Shown: positions 9,924 to 18,563 of the stretch, piece by piece | Numbering within the stretch: the first letter of the stretch is position 1 | Layout: the number at the start of each line of letters is the position of its first letter | Assembly: GCA_965208905.1 (NCBI GenBank) | Contig: OZ242365.1 | Location: 544,001 to 608,000, forward strand | DNA: 64,000 bases | Source of the DNA: Nitrosopumilaceae archaeon | Lineage (GTDB): Archaea > Thermoproteota > Nitrososphaeria > Nitrososphaerales > Nitrosopumilaceae | Reading direction: 5' to 3' | Made by a program: the position numbers and the translations under genes | Notes under the pieces: model-generated | The model's input: only the letters and a program-made list of their open reading frames with translations | Database searches by the model: none | What the model was told of the DNA's origin: nothing

Positions 9924-11339
9924 GAATTATATACCTGGGTATGCACGCGTAACATACGCGTACATTCCTAGGTGCTTCATGGCGCTTGATGTCTTGGGTC
10001 GATTGCACGCTTGATTCTCACGCCGCCGTCTGGCGTCCGGAACTGCACAAACAGGTGGCTTCCGGGTCCGGCCCATTTCACGCCTTTCGAGGGCTATTCC
10101 TTCCCCCGCGGGAACCTTCATACCGGTCCCCCGTTGTATGATATTCACCGGCGCATTGCCATCGGCGTTTGCTACATGGTTACATCTAAGGCACTTGAAC
10201 ATCTCCCCATTTCGGTTCTCCTTGGATATGTAGCCGCATATACTGCACTCCTGGCTCGTGTGTTTTGGACTTACCTCTACTACACGGATGCCCAGCCGCT
10301 CTGCGATGGTGTGGATCTTTCGCAGTATTGCATAATGCCGAATGAACCTCATACCGCGGTTCATACCCTTCTTGTGCCTGCCACCGCGCCTGCTCATGGC
10401 CTCGAGGTTGAGCTGCTCGACATATATTACATCCACGCCCTCGCATATCTTCTTGGCCAATAACCACTCTGCATACTCGCGGTCGTTCGCATTACCGCGG
10501 TTGTACTTTTCTCGCTTGCGTTTAATTTTACACGTCGAGTTGGAGTGTTTATTGCGATGTGAGATGGTACGGCGCGTCTCATCATTCCATGTACGGTTCG
10601 TGCGGAATGCGGTTGCTGTATCGTATAATGTTATATTTGAGGCGTTATGGTCTGTCTTGCACACGACGGTCGGATTTGTTATCCCTCTGTCTATGCCGGC
10701 AACAACACCAGTCTTGGCGCGCCGTTCGGGTACTGGTACGTCATATGTTATGTGCAGCCGGTAGATATGGTCACATGACTTGACGTGCCCCCATGACTTT
10801 GGTGTTACACATACCAAACGGAAAGACCTTGAGCCATACAGCCAGTTATGTGGAAACTGATATGGCTGCTCCTCAGACAACTCAACAACACCAAGGCCCG
10901 GCAATGACGCGTGCCTGTTGTCCACAAATCGCGGCTGCACATCACATGATACTGCCTTTTTATTATCGCGCTTTCTGGAGCGGAAACTCAGCTCGCCATT
11001 GCCGTATTTGTTCGAGACATCCACAGCAGTGCGGGCCTGATGGATGGCCGTATTTTGGTAGATGCGCTCCACTGTTTGTAGCCACGATACGGAACGCCTC
11101 ACCTTGGTGAACTCTCTGGAGAGGTCATATGTAGTAAGTGTGGGGTTAGTAAGCAGCCGCTCCACGGCCCAGTTGTACACGAACCGTTGTGAGTCCCGTA
11201 TTTTGGATATGTGACGCGCCTGAGAGCGTGTCAGGTCTATGCGGAAGCCATAAGACCGATACATGTAGTTTTGTATACCATAATACTTTATAAACATGTA
11301 CTCTACAGGACTTGCCTTGCCTACCCAGGTATATAATTC
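9924..11339. mobile_element. tnpB-only element bounded by inverted repeats
   Basis: GAATTATATACCTGGGTA at 9924-9941 and its exact reverse complement at 11322-11339 (21/22 bp when extended inward); no TnpA gene. Confidence 0.7.
9927..11264 (-). CDS. tnpB: TnpB RNA-guided endonuclease
   Basis: N-terminal RSYGFRI...RFVYNWA, RuvC residues GIDRG / YVEQL / NADGNA, Zn finger TSQECSICG...CLRC; the likely start is MYRSY at 11264. Confidence 0.92.
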   Translation of the reverse strand: MYRSYGFRIDLTRSQARHISKIRDSQRFVYNWAVERLLTNPTLTTYDLSREFTKVRRSVSWLQTVERIYQNTAIHQARTAVDVSNKYGNGELSFRSRKRDNKKAVSCDVQPRFVDNRHASLPGLGVVELSEEQPYQFPHNWLYGSRSFRLVCVTPKSWGHVKSCDHIYRLHITYDVPVPERRAKTGVVAGIDRGITNPTVVCKTDHNASNITLYDTATAFRTNRTWNDETRRTISHRNKHSNSTCKIKRKREKYNRGNANDREYAEWLLAKKICEGVDVIYVEQLNLEAMSRRGGRHKKGMNRGMRFIRHYAILRKIHTIAERLGIRVVEVSPKHTSQECSICGYISKENRNGEMFKCLRCNHVANADGNAPVNIIQRGTGMKVPAGEGIALERREMGRTRKPPVCAVPDARRRRENQACNRPKTSSAMKHLGMYAYVTRAYPGI

Positions 11340-11392
11340 TCTTAATTTCACCTACATCATTTTTATGTAGGTCAGCGATTGGTGTGACTTGT

Positions 11393-11466
11393 GCGGTCAT
11401 AGTATAGCCTGGTTAGTATGTTGGCCTTCCAAGCCAATTACCCGGGTTCAAATCCCGGTGACCGCA
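11393..11466 (+). tRNA. tRNA-Gly(TCC)
   Basis: Acceptor stem GCGGTCA/TGACCGC, anticodon arm TTGGC-CTTCCAA-GCCAA, T arm CCGGG-TTCAAAT-CCCGG; CCA not encoded. Confidence 0.97.
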
Positions 11467-11482
11467 CTGTGGTGTTATTGAT

Positions 11483-11773
11483 ATGAGACGAAAAGACCGA
11501 GTAGCAGCCTTAAAAGAGATGGCAGATATACTAGAGATGGCTGCTCTCTCTACTGATGTTGTTTTGGCACAAAAGTATGCGGCCATGGCCTGGCGCATAA
11601 GTACCAAACATCGAATCCGCATGCCATACATAATGCGATTTATGTTCTGCAAAAAATGTAAAAAGTTTATGCGGCCCGGCGTAGATTCCAGAATCAGATT
11701 GTGTGGTGGCCGTCCACGAACAGTTAGAGTGACGTGTCTATACTGCAGTCACATATACCGCAAAGTGTTATAG
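11483..11773 (+). CDS. rnp4: Ribonuclease P protein component Rpp21 (Rpr2)
   Basis: LAQKY..MAWRIS, FCKKC...RIRL...VTCLYC Zn ribbon. Confidence 0.88.
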   Translation: MRRKDRVAALKEMADILEMAALSTDVVLAQKYAAMAWRISTKHRIRMPYIMRFMFCKKCKKFMRPGVDSRIRLCGGRPRTVRVTCLYCSHIYRKVL

Positions 11774-11899
11774 TTGTTAGGGATATAGGTTTGTCACTAC
11801 GTAGACTTTCATGTGTAGTGCAGTTAGCTGGTTAGATTCGCAGTTTGGGATCAGAAGTCATGTATGATGTGTTGGTTGCAGAATCTACTCTCTCTTCAT

Positions 11900-12790
11900 T
11901 GTGCCAGCTAGTGTCCAGTTACCATTATGGACATTCCACACCTCCAAAGAGCCTCCCAGCACATCGCCGTTGGAGTCCATCCTCCAAACTTAATGAGTCA
12001 GTAGTTGCACAGCAACTTACTACCACTATATCATCACTGTGTCGGCTTAGATCATAGAGTTGTCCCGTCTGGTGGGCCCAAATATACTGATGTGTCTATC
12101 TCATCGATTATCTCTGAAATACTCTGCTGGTGTATATCGCGAATATTCAGCGCCATCTGCCAATCCTCATGTATGTCTCTCAAGTAATCATTAAAGTCCT
12201 CCACACCAATCTTTGTGGCCTCCAGTATAGCAGTACCAAACCTGCTCAAAGTAGAGTTCATTGGAAATGGGGCTCCGATCACACCCGGATTAAATGAGTC
12301 CAGATGACAGTAGGCATCACGTCCCCCTGCATATGTTATGGTTGCAACTGCTTAAACTCCAAAGTCCGAGGATATCCGTATTGGAATCATCAGAGCCGGG
12401 TTGAGAAAGTATGATGGAAAATGATCCTAAATCTATAGTACTGTCTCGTATTAGCTCCAAACGGATATCGCCCGAGTATCCATCATGCTCTAAAATCTAG
12501 CCGTTCTGTCTTATGGAGTCCTTTTTTATCACGTACGTAGTTCCACCGACAAACATGTCCATGGAGTATAGTATTATATCATCAGTACACCACAAAACCA
12601 CTCTATGTGTTGAGTCACCGCCGGGTATGACATCATATATGGTATCGGTCCAAAGTAAAAGACTTCGGGCTTCATGTGTATTTGACTCTGTGTGTACAAG
12701 CAGTGCATCTGGTATATTTAGTGGCTCTTGCTGGGCCATGGCTATCGGGGGTATCACGCATAAAAGTAGCATGATTACATGCCGCCACAT
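11900..12790 (-). pseudogene. Fragmented paralogue of the solute-binding protein at 57065-58672
   Basis: Pieces in different frames match the intact copy (WCTDDIILYSMDMFV vs GCTDDALLYSLNLYV; EDFNDYLRDIHEDW vs DFNSYLEEIGEDW; YLGPPD; VVSCC; WNVHNGNW vs WSVHDGEW), with stops, frameshifts and a deletion. Confidence 0.75.
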
Positions 12791-13010
12791 GTTTAGTGGT
12801 TACAGCGTGTAGGCTATTAAGCATATTTTATGGTACAGAAAAATGGTCAGTCCGGTTGGAGTTTGATGTGTAGTGTTACGTATAGTCAGTCTGTATCAAT
12901 AGTTGGGCATCTGGTTTGGCTGGTCTGGCCCATATGGTATCTGACAAATGCTATCATCCCAAGTTTGTACTTTCAAAACCTTTAAATCAACTTTCAGTTG
13001 GGTTTTGTAT

Positions 13011-13607
13011 ATGGCCACGGTCACAAAATCGATAGAGATCAAGGCTCCTGTTGATAATGTGTTTACTTACTTTGCTCGCCCTGAACATGTATCAGATCAA
13101 ATAAAGAATGATGCTGTTGGAATGGCCGTTGTTCCCATGGATATAAAGGAAGGCATGGGTGTTGGAACTACATTTCGCATAATCGGCAACTTTAATGGCA
13201 AACAACTAGAATGGGATTGTGAGACCACACAGTTTGATCGAAATGAAAGAATATCTGCAAAGCAGATTGACGGTCCCTTCAAAAAATGGAGTATCACCAA
13301 CGAGTTCAAATCATTGGGTCCTAACAAGACTCGAGTCACCATGACCGTTGACTATGACATGCCCTTTGGTCCGTTGGGAAGTATTATGGATAAGGCAAAG
13401 TTTGCAAAGTCAGCAGAGAGAGGTATGGAAACTGCACTGTATAACGTACGCGGGTTACTAGAAGGAAATGGCTCAATACCAGTATACATAACACTAGACG
13501 CATACCGCAAGTTGTTAGACGAAAAGAAGAAGATGAATGACTTGCCAGTATCTACTGTACTTACTGCCATTTTAGAAAAGTACGAGCAGACTAAAACTGC
13601 TGTATAG
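13011..13607 (+). CDS. SRPBCC/START (polyketide cyclase-like) family protein
   Basis: KSIEIKAPVDNVF, GVGTTFR, DGPFKKW and TRVTMTVDY signature. Confidence 0.85.
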   Translation: MATVTKSIEIKAPVDNVFTYFARPEHVSDQIKNDAVGMAVVPMDIKEGMGVGTTFRIIGNFNGKQLEWDCETTQFDRNERISAKQIDGPFKKWSITNEFKSLGPNKTRVTMTVDYDMPFGPLGSIMDKAKFAKSAERGMETALYNVRGLLEGNGSIPVYITLDAYRKLLDEKKKMNDLPVSTVLTAILEKYEQTKTAV

Positions 13608-13649
13608 AAAATCTCAAGATTAATAACGATATATCTTACTCATACATTT

Positions 13650-13723
13650 GGGTCTATGGCTCAGCCAGGTAGAGCACCGGACTCTTAATCCGGCTGTCGG
13701 GGGTTCGAATCCCCCTAGACCCG
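13650..13723 (+). tRNA. tRNA-Lys(CTT); island integration site
   Basis: Acceptor stem GGGTCTA/TAGACCC, anticodon arm CCGGA-CTCTTAA-TCCGG, T arm GGGGG-TTCGAAT-CCCCC. Confidence 0.97.
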
Positions 13724-13767
13724 TCTATTTAACAGTTCTTTTATAGGTTCCTGATCTATGCTTATAT

Positions 13768-15198
13768 GTGAAGCTCAACAAAGAAGACATCGTGCGGGTT
13801 GAAGATGACTCACCACTAGAGTTGTTCAGGCAGGGTATAAAGTCCAAGGTGACGGCCGAAAAGTATACGCGGACACTCAGGCAAATTCTGTGCAAGATAC
13901 TTGAGAATGTACTGACAGGTACATTTGAGGAGCGCGTACAGCAGCTGGTCAATATGGGCAGGGAGGATCCCAGGTGGGTGCGCGACCTGCTGCTGAATCT
14001 GTCAAAGAAGTTACGCGAGAGGACAGAACTTGACATCGAAGACAAAGAATACCTTAATCCGGATACGGTTGGGAACTACTTCAAGCCCATCAAGAAACTA
14101 TTCGACATGAATGATATCTCCATACCGTGGAGGAGAATCTATGCTACATATCCTGAACGGGACAATATGGCAGATTCCAGAGGCTGGACTAGACAAGAGA
14201 TAGCCTTGATGCTAAAGCATGCACACGGTCCACTGGACAGGGCCCTGGTACTTGTACTGGCAAGCTCGGGCATGCGTGCCGGCGGTCTTGATCTGATATG
14301 GGAGGACCTAACGGCAGTATATCGCATGGCCGACGGCAGCCTTGTACTGGATCCGGGAAAAGATGACAGCAGCGTGGCATGTGCAGTACTGCGCGTATAC
14401 AGGGGGTCGCCCGAGAGCTATCTGGCATTTATTACACCGGAGGCGTTTGATGCCCTGCAGGTATATGGCCGCACATGGGTCAAGCAGAGGTGTCATCTGC
14501 CGCGTCCAAAGGATCCCATATTCTTGGTACAGAACGGCGCCCACAAGAACGCGTCCGTAAAGATACTCCGGGACAGGGTTGCCAGGATGGCCACAAAAGC
14601 AGGACTGCGAGGAGCCAAGGAATCCAAGAGATTCGAGGTACCTGCAATGAACGGCTTTCGTCGATTCTGGAACAAGACATGCAAGGAGACTGCATCTGGA
14701 GATTCATTGGCCTCATTGATAAAAAAGGAGTACATGATGGGACATCAGGGGCTGGTATCACTGGACCAGAACTACTTTAAGACAAATTTGATGGAGCTGG
14801 CCACAGAGTACATCAAGGTCGTGCCTGACCTTACGATAGAGGACTCTGAGCGGTTGCGGCAGTCCAACCGTACAATGTCATCCAACATACAGAAGCTTGA
14901 AAGTGAGAAGGATGAGAAACTGGAGCGTCTTACGCGCAAGGTTGATGATATGAGGCGTGAGAGAGATAGTATGAGACAGGAGATATTCGAGCTAAAGAAA
15001 CAGCGGGAATCGCCGGCTATGGATTTGCTGGATGCGCTAAAGAAGCACTCTGGTACGGATGGAATATCTGAGGATGTGTTGGGACCTTTGACGAGCATGA
15101 TGCATCAACTTACTGCGATGCATAAGAATGATCTAGAGGAGATACGGCGCGAGTATGGTGCAGAGATAGACCGTCTGAAGCGTGCCGCAGACGACTGA
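13768..15198 (+). CDS. Tyrosine recombinase/integrase with C-terminal coiled coil
   Basis: LASSGMRAGG (R), MNGFRRF (HxxR position, N variant), MMGH and QNYF (Y); adjacent to the tRNA. Confidence 0.88.
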   Translation: MKLNKEDIVRVEDDSPLELFRQGIKSKVTAEKYTRTLRQILCKILENVLTGTFEERVQQLVNMGREDPRWVRDLLLNLSKKLRERTELDIEDKEYLNPDTVGNYFKPIKKLFDMNDISIPWRRIYATYPERDNMADSRGWTRQEIALMLKHAHGPLDRALVLVLASSGMRAGGLDLIWEDLTAVYRMADGSLVLDPGKDDSSVACAVLRVYRGSPESYLAFITPEAFDALQVYGRTWVKQRCHLPRPKDPIFLVQNGAHKNASVKILRDRVARMATKAGLRGAKESKRFEVPAMNGFRRFWNKTCKETASGDSLASLIKKEYMMGHQGLVSLDQNYFKTNLMELATEYIKVVPDLTIEDSERLRQSNRTMSSNIQKLESEKDEKLERLTRKVDDMRRERDSMRQEIFELKKQRESPAMDLLDALKKHSGTDGISEDVLGPLTSMMHQLTAMHKNDLEEIRREYGAEIDRLKRAADD

Positions 15199-15405
15199 CA
15201 TGCATGCTGCCAATATGGTTCCTGCCCATGCCATGATATGCCTGCATTTGTTGTAATTAGGCTCTGGGACGGCCGGTGTTTGCTCATATATCGATGCAAT
15301 CTTCACAATATGGATCTAATGATTTAATGTCGCATTCTAGTGTTTGCCGTACATTTTGCATGGTATGACACCATGGTAACTTGATATAAAAAAAGAAGGA
15401 GGTAA

Positions 15406-15963
15406 TTAATGCTGTCTAGGTAGGCTTATGCGCAGTACGCCGACGGATGCTATTGCCGAGATGGTAACGACAATTTTGAATATGTCAATTACATATATTG
15501 CAGATTCTTTCACTTTGTCGTTTACCATTCGGATTTCGTCAACTATGCGGTTACCACCGGCGTTGCTGTTATTGCTGTCGACATTAGAGGCATCATAATG
15601 ATTAATCATTGCCTGAAGGCGGTCATATTCGGCGGGGTCTGCGGTAGGCGAGCCGGGGCCGTATGAGTCACGGACCAATACGAGTTGTGCGCGAGTCCAG
15701 CCGTCCGGGTGGGCGGCATGCGCAGTTGTACCCATTGAAGTGGTTGATGTCTTGTCGTCCAAGTCAATGCCAAGTAGTGGTCCGGCAAGCCATAATATGG
15801 CTGCCAGCGTAATCAAGACGTAGATTACATTCTTGGTATTATCCAACGTGTTGTCTCTGTCTCCGACTTTGTCGGCATTGCCGGTTATTCTTTTTAGCAT
15901 ACTATACAACTGTTCAGGATCCGTTAATGGGTTACAGAGGCTATCTTGCATACGACCGCGCAT
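15406..15963 (-). CDS. Hypothetical membrane protein (two TM segments)
   Basis: 185-aa ORF with two hydrophobic helices flanking a soluble loop; start uncertain. Confidence 0.55.
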   Translation of the reverse strand: MRGRMQDSLCNPLTDPEQLYSMLKRITGNADKVGDRDNTLDNTKNVIYVLITLAAILWLAGPLLGIDLDDKTSTTSMGTTAHAAHPDGWTRAQLVLVRDSYGPGSPTADPAEYDRLQAMINHYDASNVDSNNSNAGGNRIVDEIRMVNDKVKESAIYVIDIFKIVVTISAIASVGVLRISLPRQH

Positions 15964-16050
15964 AGTATAACCAACTGGTGTATTTTGTCATGTTTAATCA
16001 CAATATGGGACCATGATAGACTATATATGATAACAAATTGTATAACTTAC

Positions 16051-16311
16051 ATGGATGTCAGCGAAGAGATGATAAGAAAGCTTGGATACAAGGGTGTAGC
16101 AGACAAGGTAGGAACGGTGCGGCTTTGGGATGCATGTGGAAATAGTTTTCGGGCGGAAATATTGGACCAGCTCGGAGTGAAGCGTATCGCAGATGAGATA
16201 GGCATGGCGCGATTATGGGACGAATGTGGTACACGTTTTCGGGTGGAGATACTAAAGGAGTTTGGCCGCGCTGAGCTCAAGAATAAAGGAATAGATGCCA
16301 GCGGGTATTAG
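16051..16311 (+). CDS. Small hypothetical protein with two tandem 30-aa repeats
   Basis: EMIRKLGYKGVADKVGTVRLWDACGNSFRA / EILDQLGVKRIADEIGMARLWDECGTRFRV. Confidence 0.65.
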   Translation: MDVSEEMIRKLGYKGVADKVGTVRLWDACGNSFRAEILDQLGVKRIADEIGMARLWDECGTRFRVEILKEFGRAELKNKGIDASGY

Positions 16312-16534
16312 TTACAATACCCTACTCTTACCCATGGCAGCCAGGACAGCAACGAATGACCCATCGGCAACGAAATAGTAAATCTGACGTACGTCACGGT
16401 GGTTCCACCGTGGGGGCCGTTTTTTGGAACTTTTCCTGACAGGAAATGAGTCGTGAAAGGTGGTCGGCCTGGGGACATCCCTGCTGCCGGACATAGGCCA
16501 GGGCGCCGTCCACGACCTAGCCGGCAACCCCATC

Positions 16535-16667
16535 GCCGCCCTTCCGGCAGCGCGAAACGCAACAGGCAACCCTTGGTAATTCCATACCTAAAACCGTATA
16601 AAACAACATTTTATGCCTAAAACCGTATACCCATATGGAATTAACCCCTTCTACCGTTAATTACAAC
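16535..16667. repeat. Non-coding repeat module, copy 1
   Basis: GC-rich block, two CCTAAAACCGTATA motifs (16587, 16616), then CCTTCTACCGTTAATTACAAC (16647-16667), which is identical to 25729-25749. Confidence 0.85.
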
Positions 16668-16718
16668 GCACTTGACCAGACATTTACACACAAAAAGCGG
16701 TTTTCTTAGAAAGACCAA

Positions 16719-18071
16719 TAGTATTCCTGCTTAAAATCGCTACAATAACCATCCGGCAAACTACTGCAACCGCCCCTGCACCACTGCGCAGAACCCAGTA
16801 GAACTGCCATGAAGTGGTTTGGCGGCCGGTATCTGTCCATACGTGCGCAGCCTCCCCCATACGGCCGGTTTGGCCGCCATACCAGACGCTCAGGCAGCCG
16901 AGGCAGTCAGGTAATCGTACGTTTTAACGGTCTTTATCTCCCCGGTTTCATACATCGTATCAATCGATCTCTGCATGTCCTCGGCGCTCTGGTATTGTCT
17001 ACCGGCGGTATGTCGTTTCTGCTCCCTCCATTGCGTCTCCACAGGGTTGAGATCAGGGGTGTACGGCAGAAAGTATTCCAGAATGACATCACCGCAGAAT
17101 TTCTCGACAGCGTCCAGTACCGCCTTTGACTTGTGATAGCTGGCGTTGTCCAAAAATATCACGCATCTGCCAAATGTACGGTGCGCCTTCCCGATAAACT
17201 CCAGAAAGTTGTCTCCGTTCGCCTTTTCATAGAACGTGTGAAACTCCCGGCCGTGACCCAGAACCCCAAACGTGTAGAATCGCTCGCCGGACAGCGTGGT
17301 CGGCACGGTAATCTCCTCGCCTCTTGGAAGCCAGCCTGACTTGTTGCCCCATCCCACTATGGTGGAGCACTCATCCTGTGCCAGGACTGCGTATCCCCTG
17401 CGTTTGTATTCGGCAACCAACTGTGTAGCTTTTTTTTATATTTCTCTTTTTCCTCCTCGGAGGCGGCCTTTGTGTGTCGCGGACGCGCCTTTCTCCAGGA
17501 GAATCCCATACGGTGCAGCAGGTCTTCCATTCCGCTGCTCTTGTATTTGATGTCAAACTTGCTGTAGACATGCGCTATGACCATGGGGGCGGTCCACATG
17601 CCCGATTCAAAGCCGCATTCGATGGGTCCGGCTATCAGATCCTTCTTTAGTTCCACCAGCCGTTCTGGTTTCAGCTTGCATGCGGCCCCCGGATGCATAT
17701 CGTGGTATCTTCCTGCAAGGCCCATGCGGTGCATGCGGTGCAGCCACTTGCCTATCATCCCAAATGATTTATCCAAGACGGCTTCTATCTGGCGTAGAGT
17801 CATGCCCTCTTTTCGTTTCAGGGCCGCCCGCAGCCTGTTGTGTGCGTTGGCATTCTTTTCTTTCCTGATGGCACTGTTCAGCTGTTTTACACTGACGTTG
17901 GGCATGAATTTGTCGCCCTTGGGTAACCGTTGTGTATTTGTCATTACCATGTATTACAAAATTAGTATATATGCGCCTGATACCTGCGAGTTTTGGTGTA
18001 GTTAGGCATGGTGCCGTCTGGCACGGCAGTTTGCCGGATGGTTATTGTAGTGATTTTAAGCAGGAATACTA
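16719..18071 (-). mobile_element. IS630-family insertion sequence with 44-bp terminal inverted repeats (terminal TA included)
   Basis: 16719-16762 and 18028-18071 are inverted repeats with one mismatch; they enclose a split IS630 transposase. Confidence 0.9.
16890..17950 (-). CDS. IS630 transposase, two overlapping frames (HTH orf 17357-17950, DDE orf 16890-17420)
   Basis: LHRMGFSWRKARP winged-HTH region; QDE, FLDNASYH and LPYTPDLNPVE DDE motifs; frames join at an A8 run near 17430-17437, as in frameshifted IS630 members. Confidence 0.88.
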
Positions 18072-18334
18072 CAGTATAACTCGCCGTCCCGCACACCGAC
18101 CTCGGCTATCATACCTGTGGTGTGGTCGCGCAGCACCGTAGTGTCTCCGTCTATACCTATCTTGTACATTATTGGATTGGACTCGCGCATGACCTTGTCC
18201 TGTATGATGCGCCCCTCAAGCATGTGCGATACATACTTGGAGAGGCTATAGTCACTGTCGTTGTCTTTGTACGACTTGAACCTGTCGTATATCTCCTCGG
18301 GGATTGTTATTGATTTGTATCCTGGTTTTGGCAT
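18072..18334 (-). pseudogene. Small putative DNA-binding protein truncated by the IS630
   Basis: MPKPGYKSITIPEEIYDRF looks like a ribbon-helix-helix start; the frame enters the IS inverted repeat right after ELYC. Confidence 0.6.
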
Positions 18335-18563
18335 TGTACGGTACAGTGTTGGTGGCTTTTAAGGGAGGTTGTGGGTTGGATGGGAGGAAATGGTAGCCTG
18401 GCAAAGAGTGGAAAGTTTGTGACAGGGTGGAAACGGCGGTACATACTGTACAGTGGAAATAAAGGTTGAAGTGGAAACAGTACGCCAAGTTTCGCACAGG
18501 CGCTATAACTGAACAGTTCCAACCAATTACTATCTTTATAAATAATGAGCTCTTGGATGGCGT

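Noticed and set aside
11350-11372. Hairpin ACCTACAT-CATTTTT-ATGTAGGT as the left end of the tnpB element
   Set aside because: It lies outside the inverted repeats and overlaps the TATA-like box expected about 25-30 bp upstream of tRNA-Gly; not excluded, so noted as an alternative.
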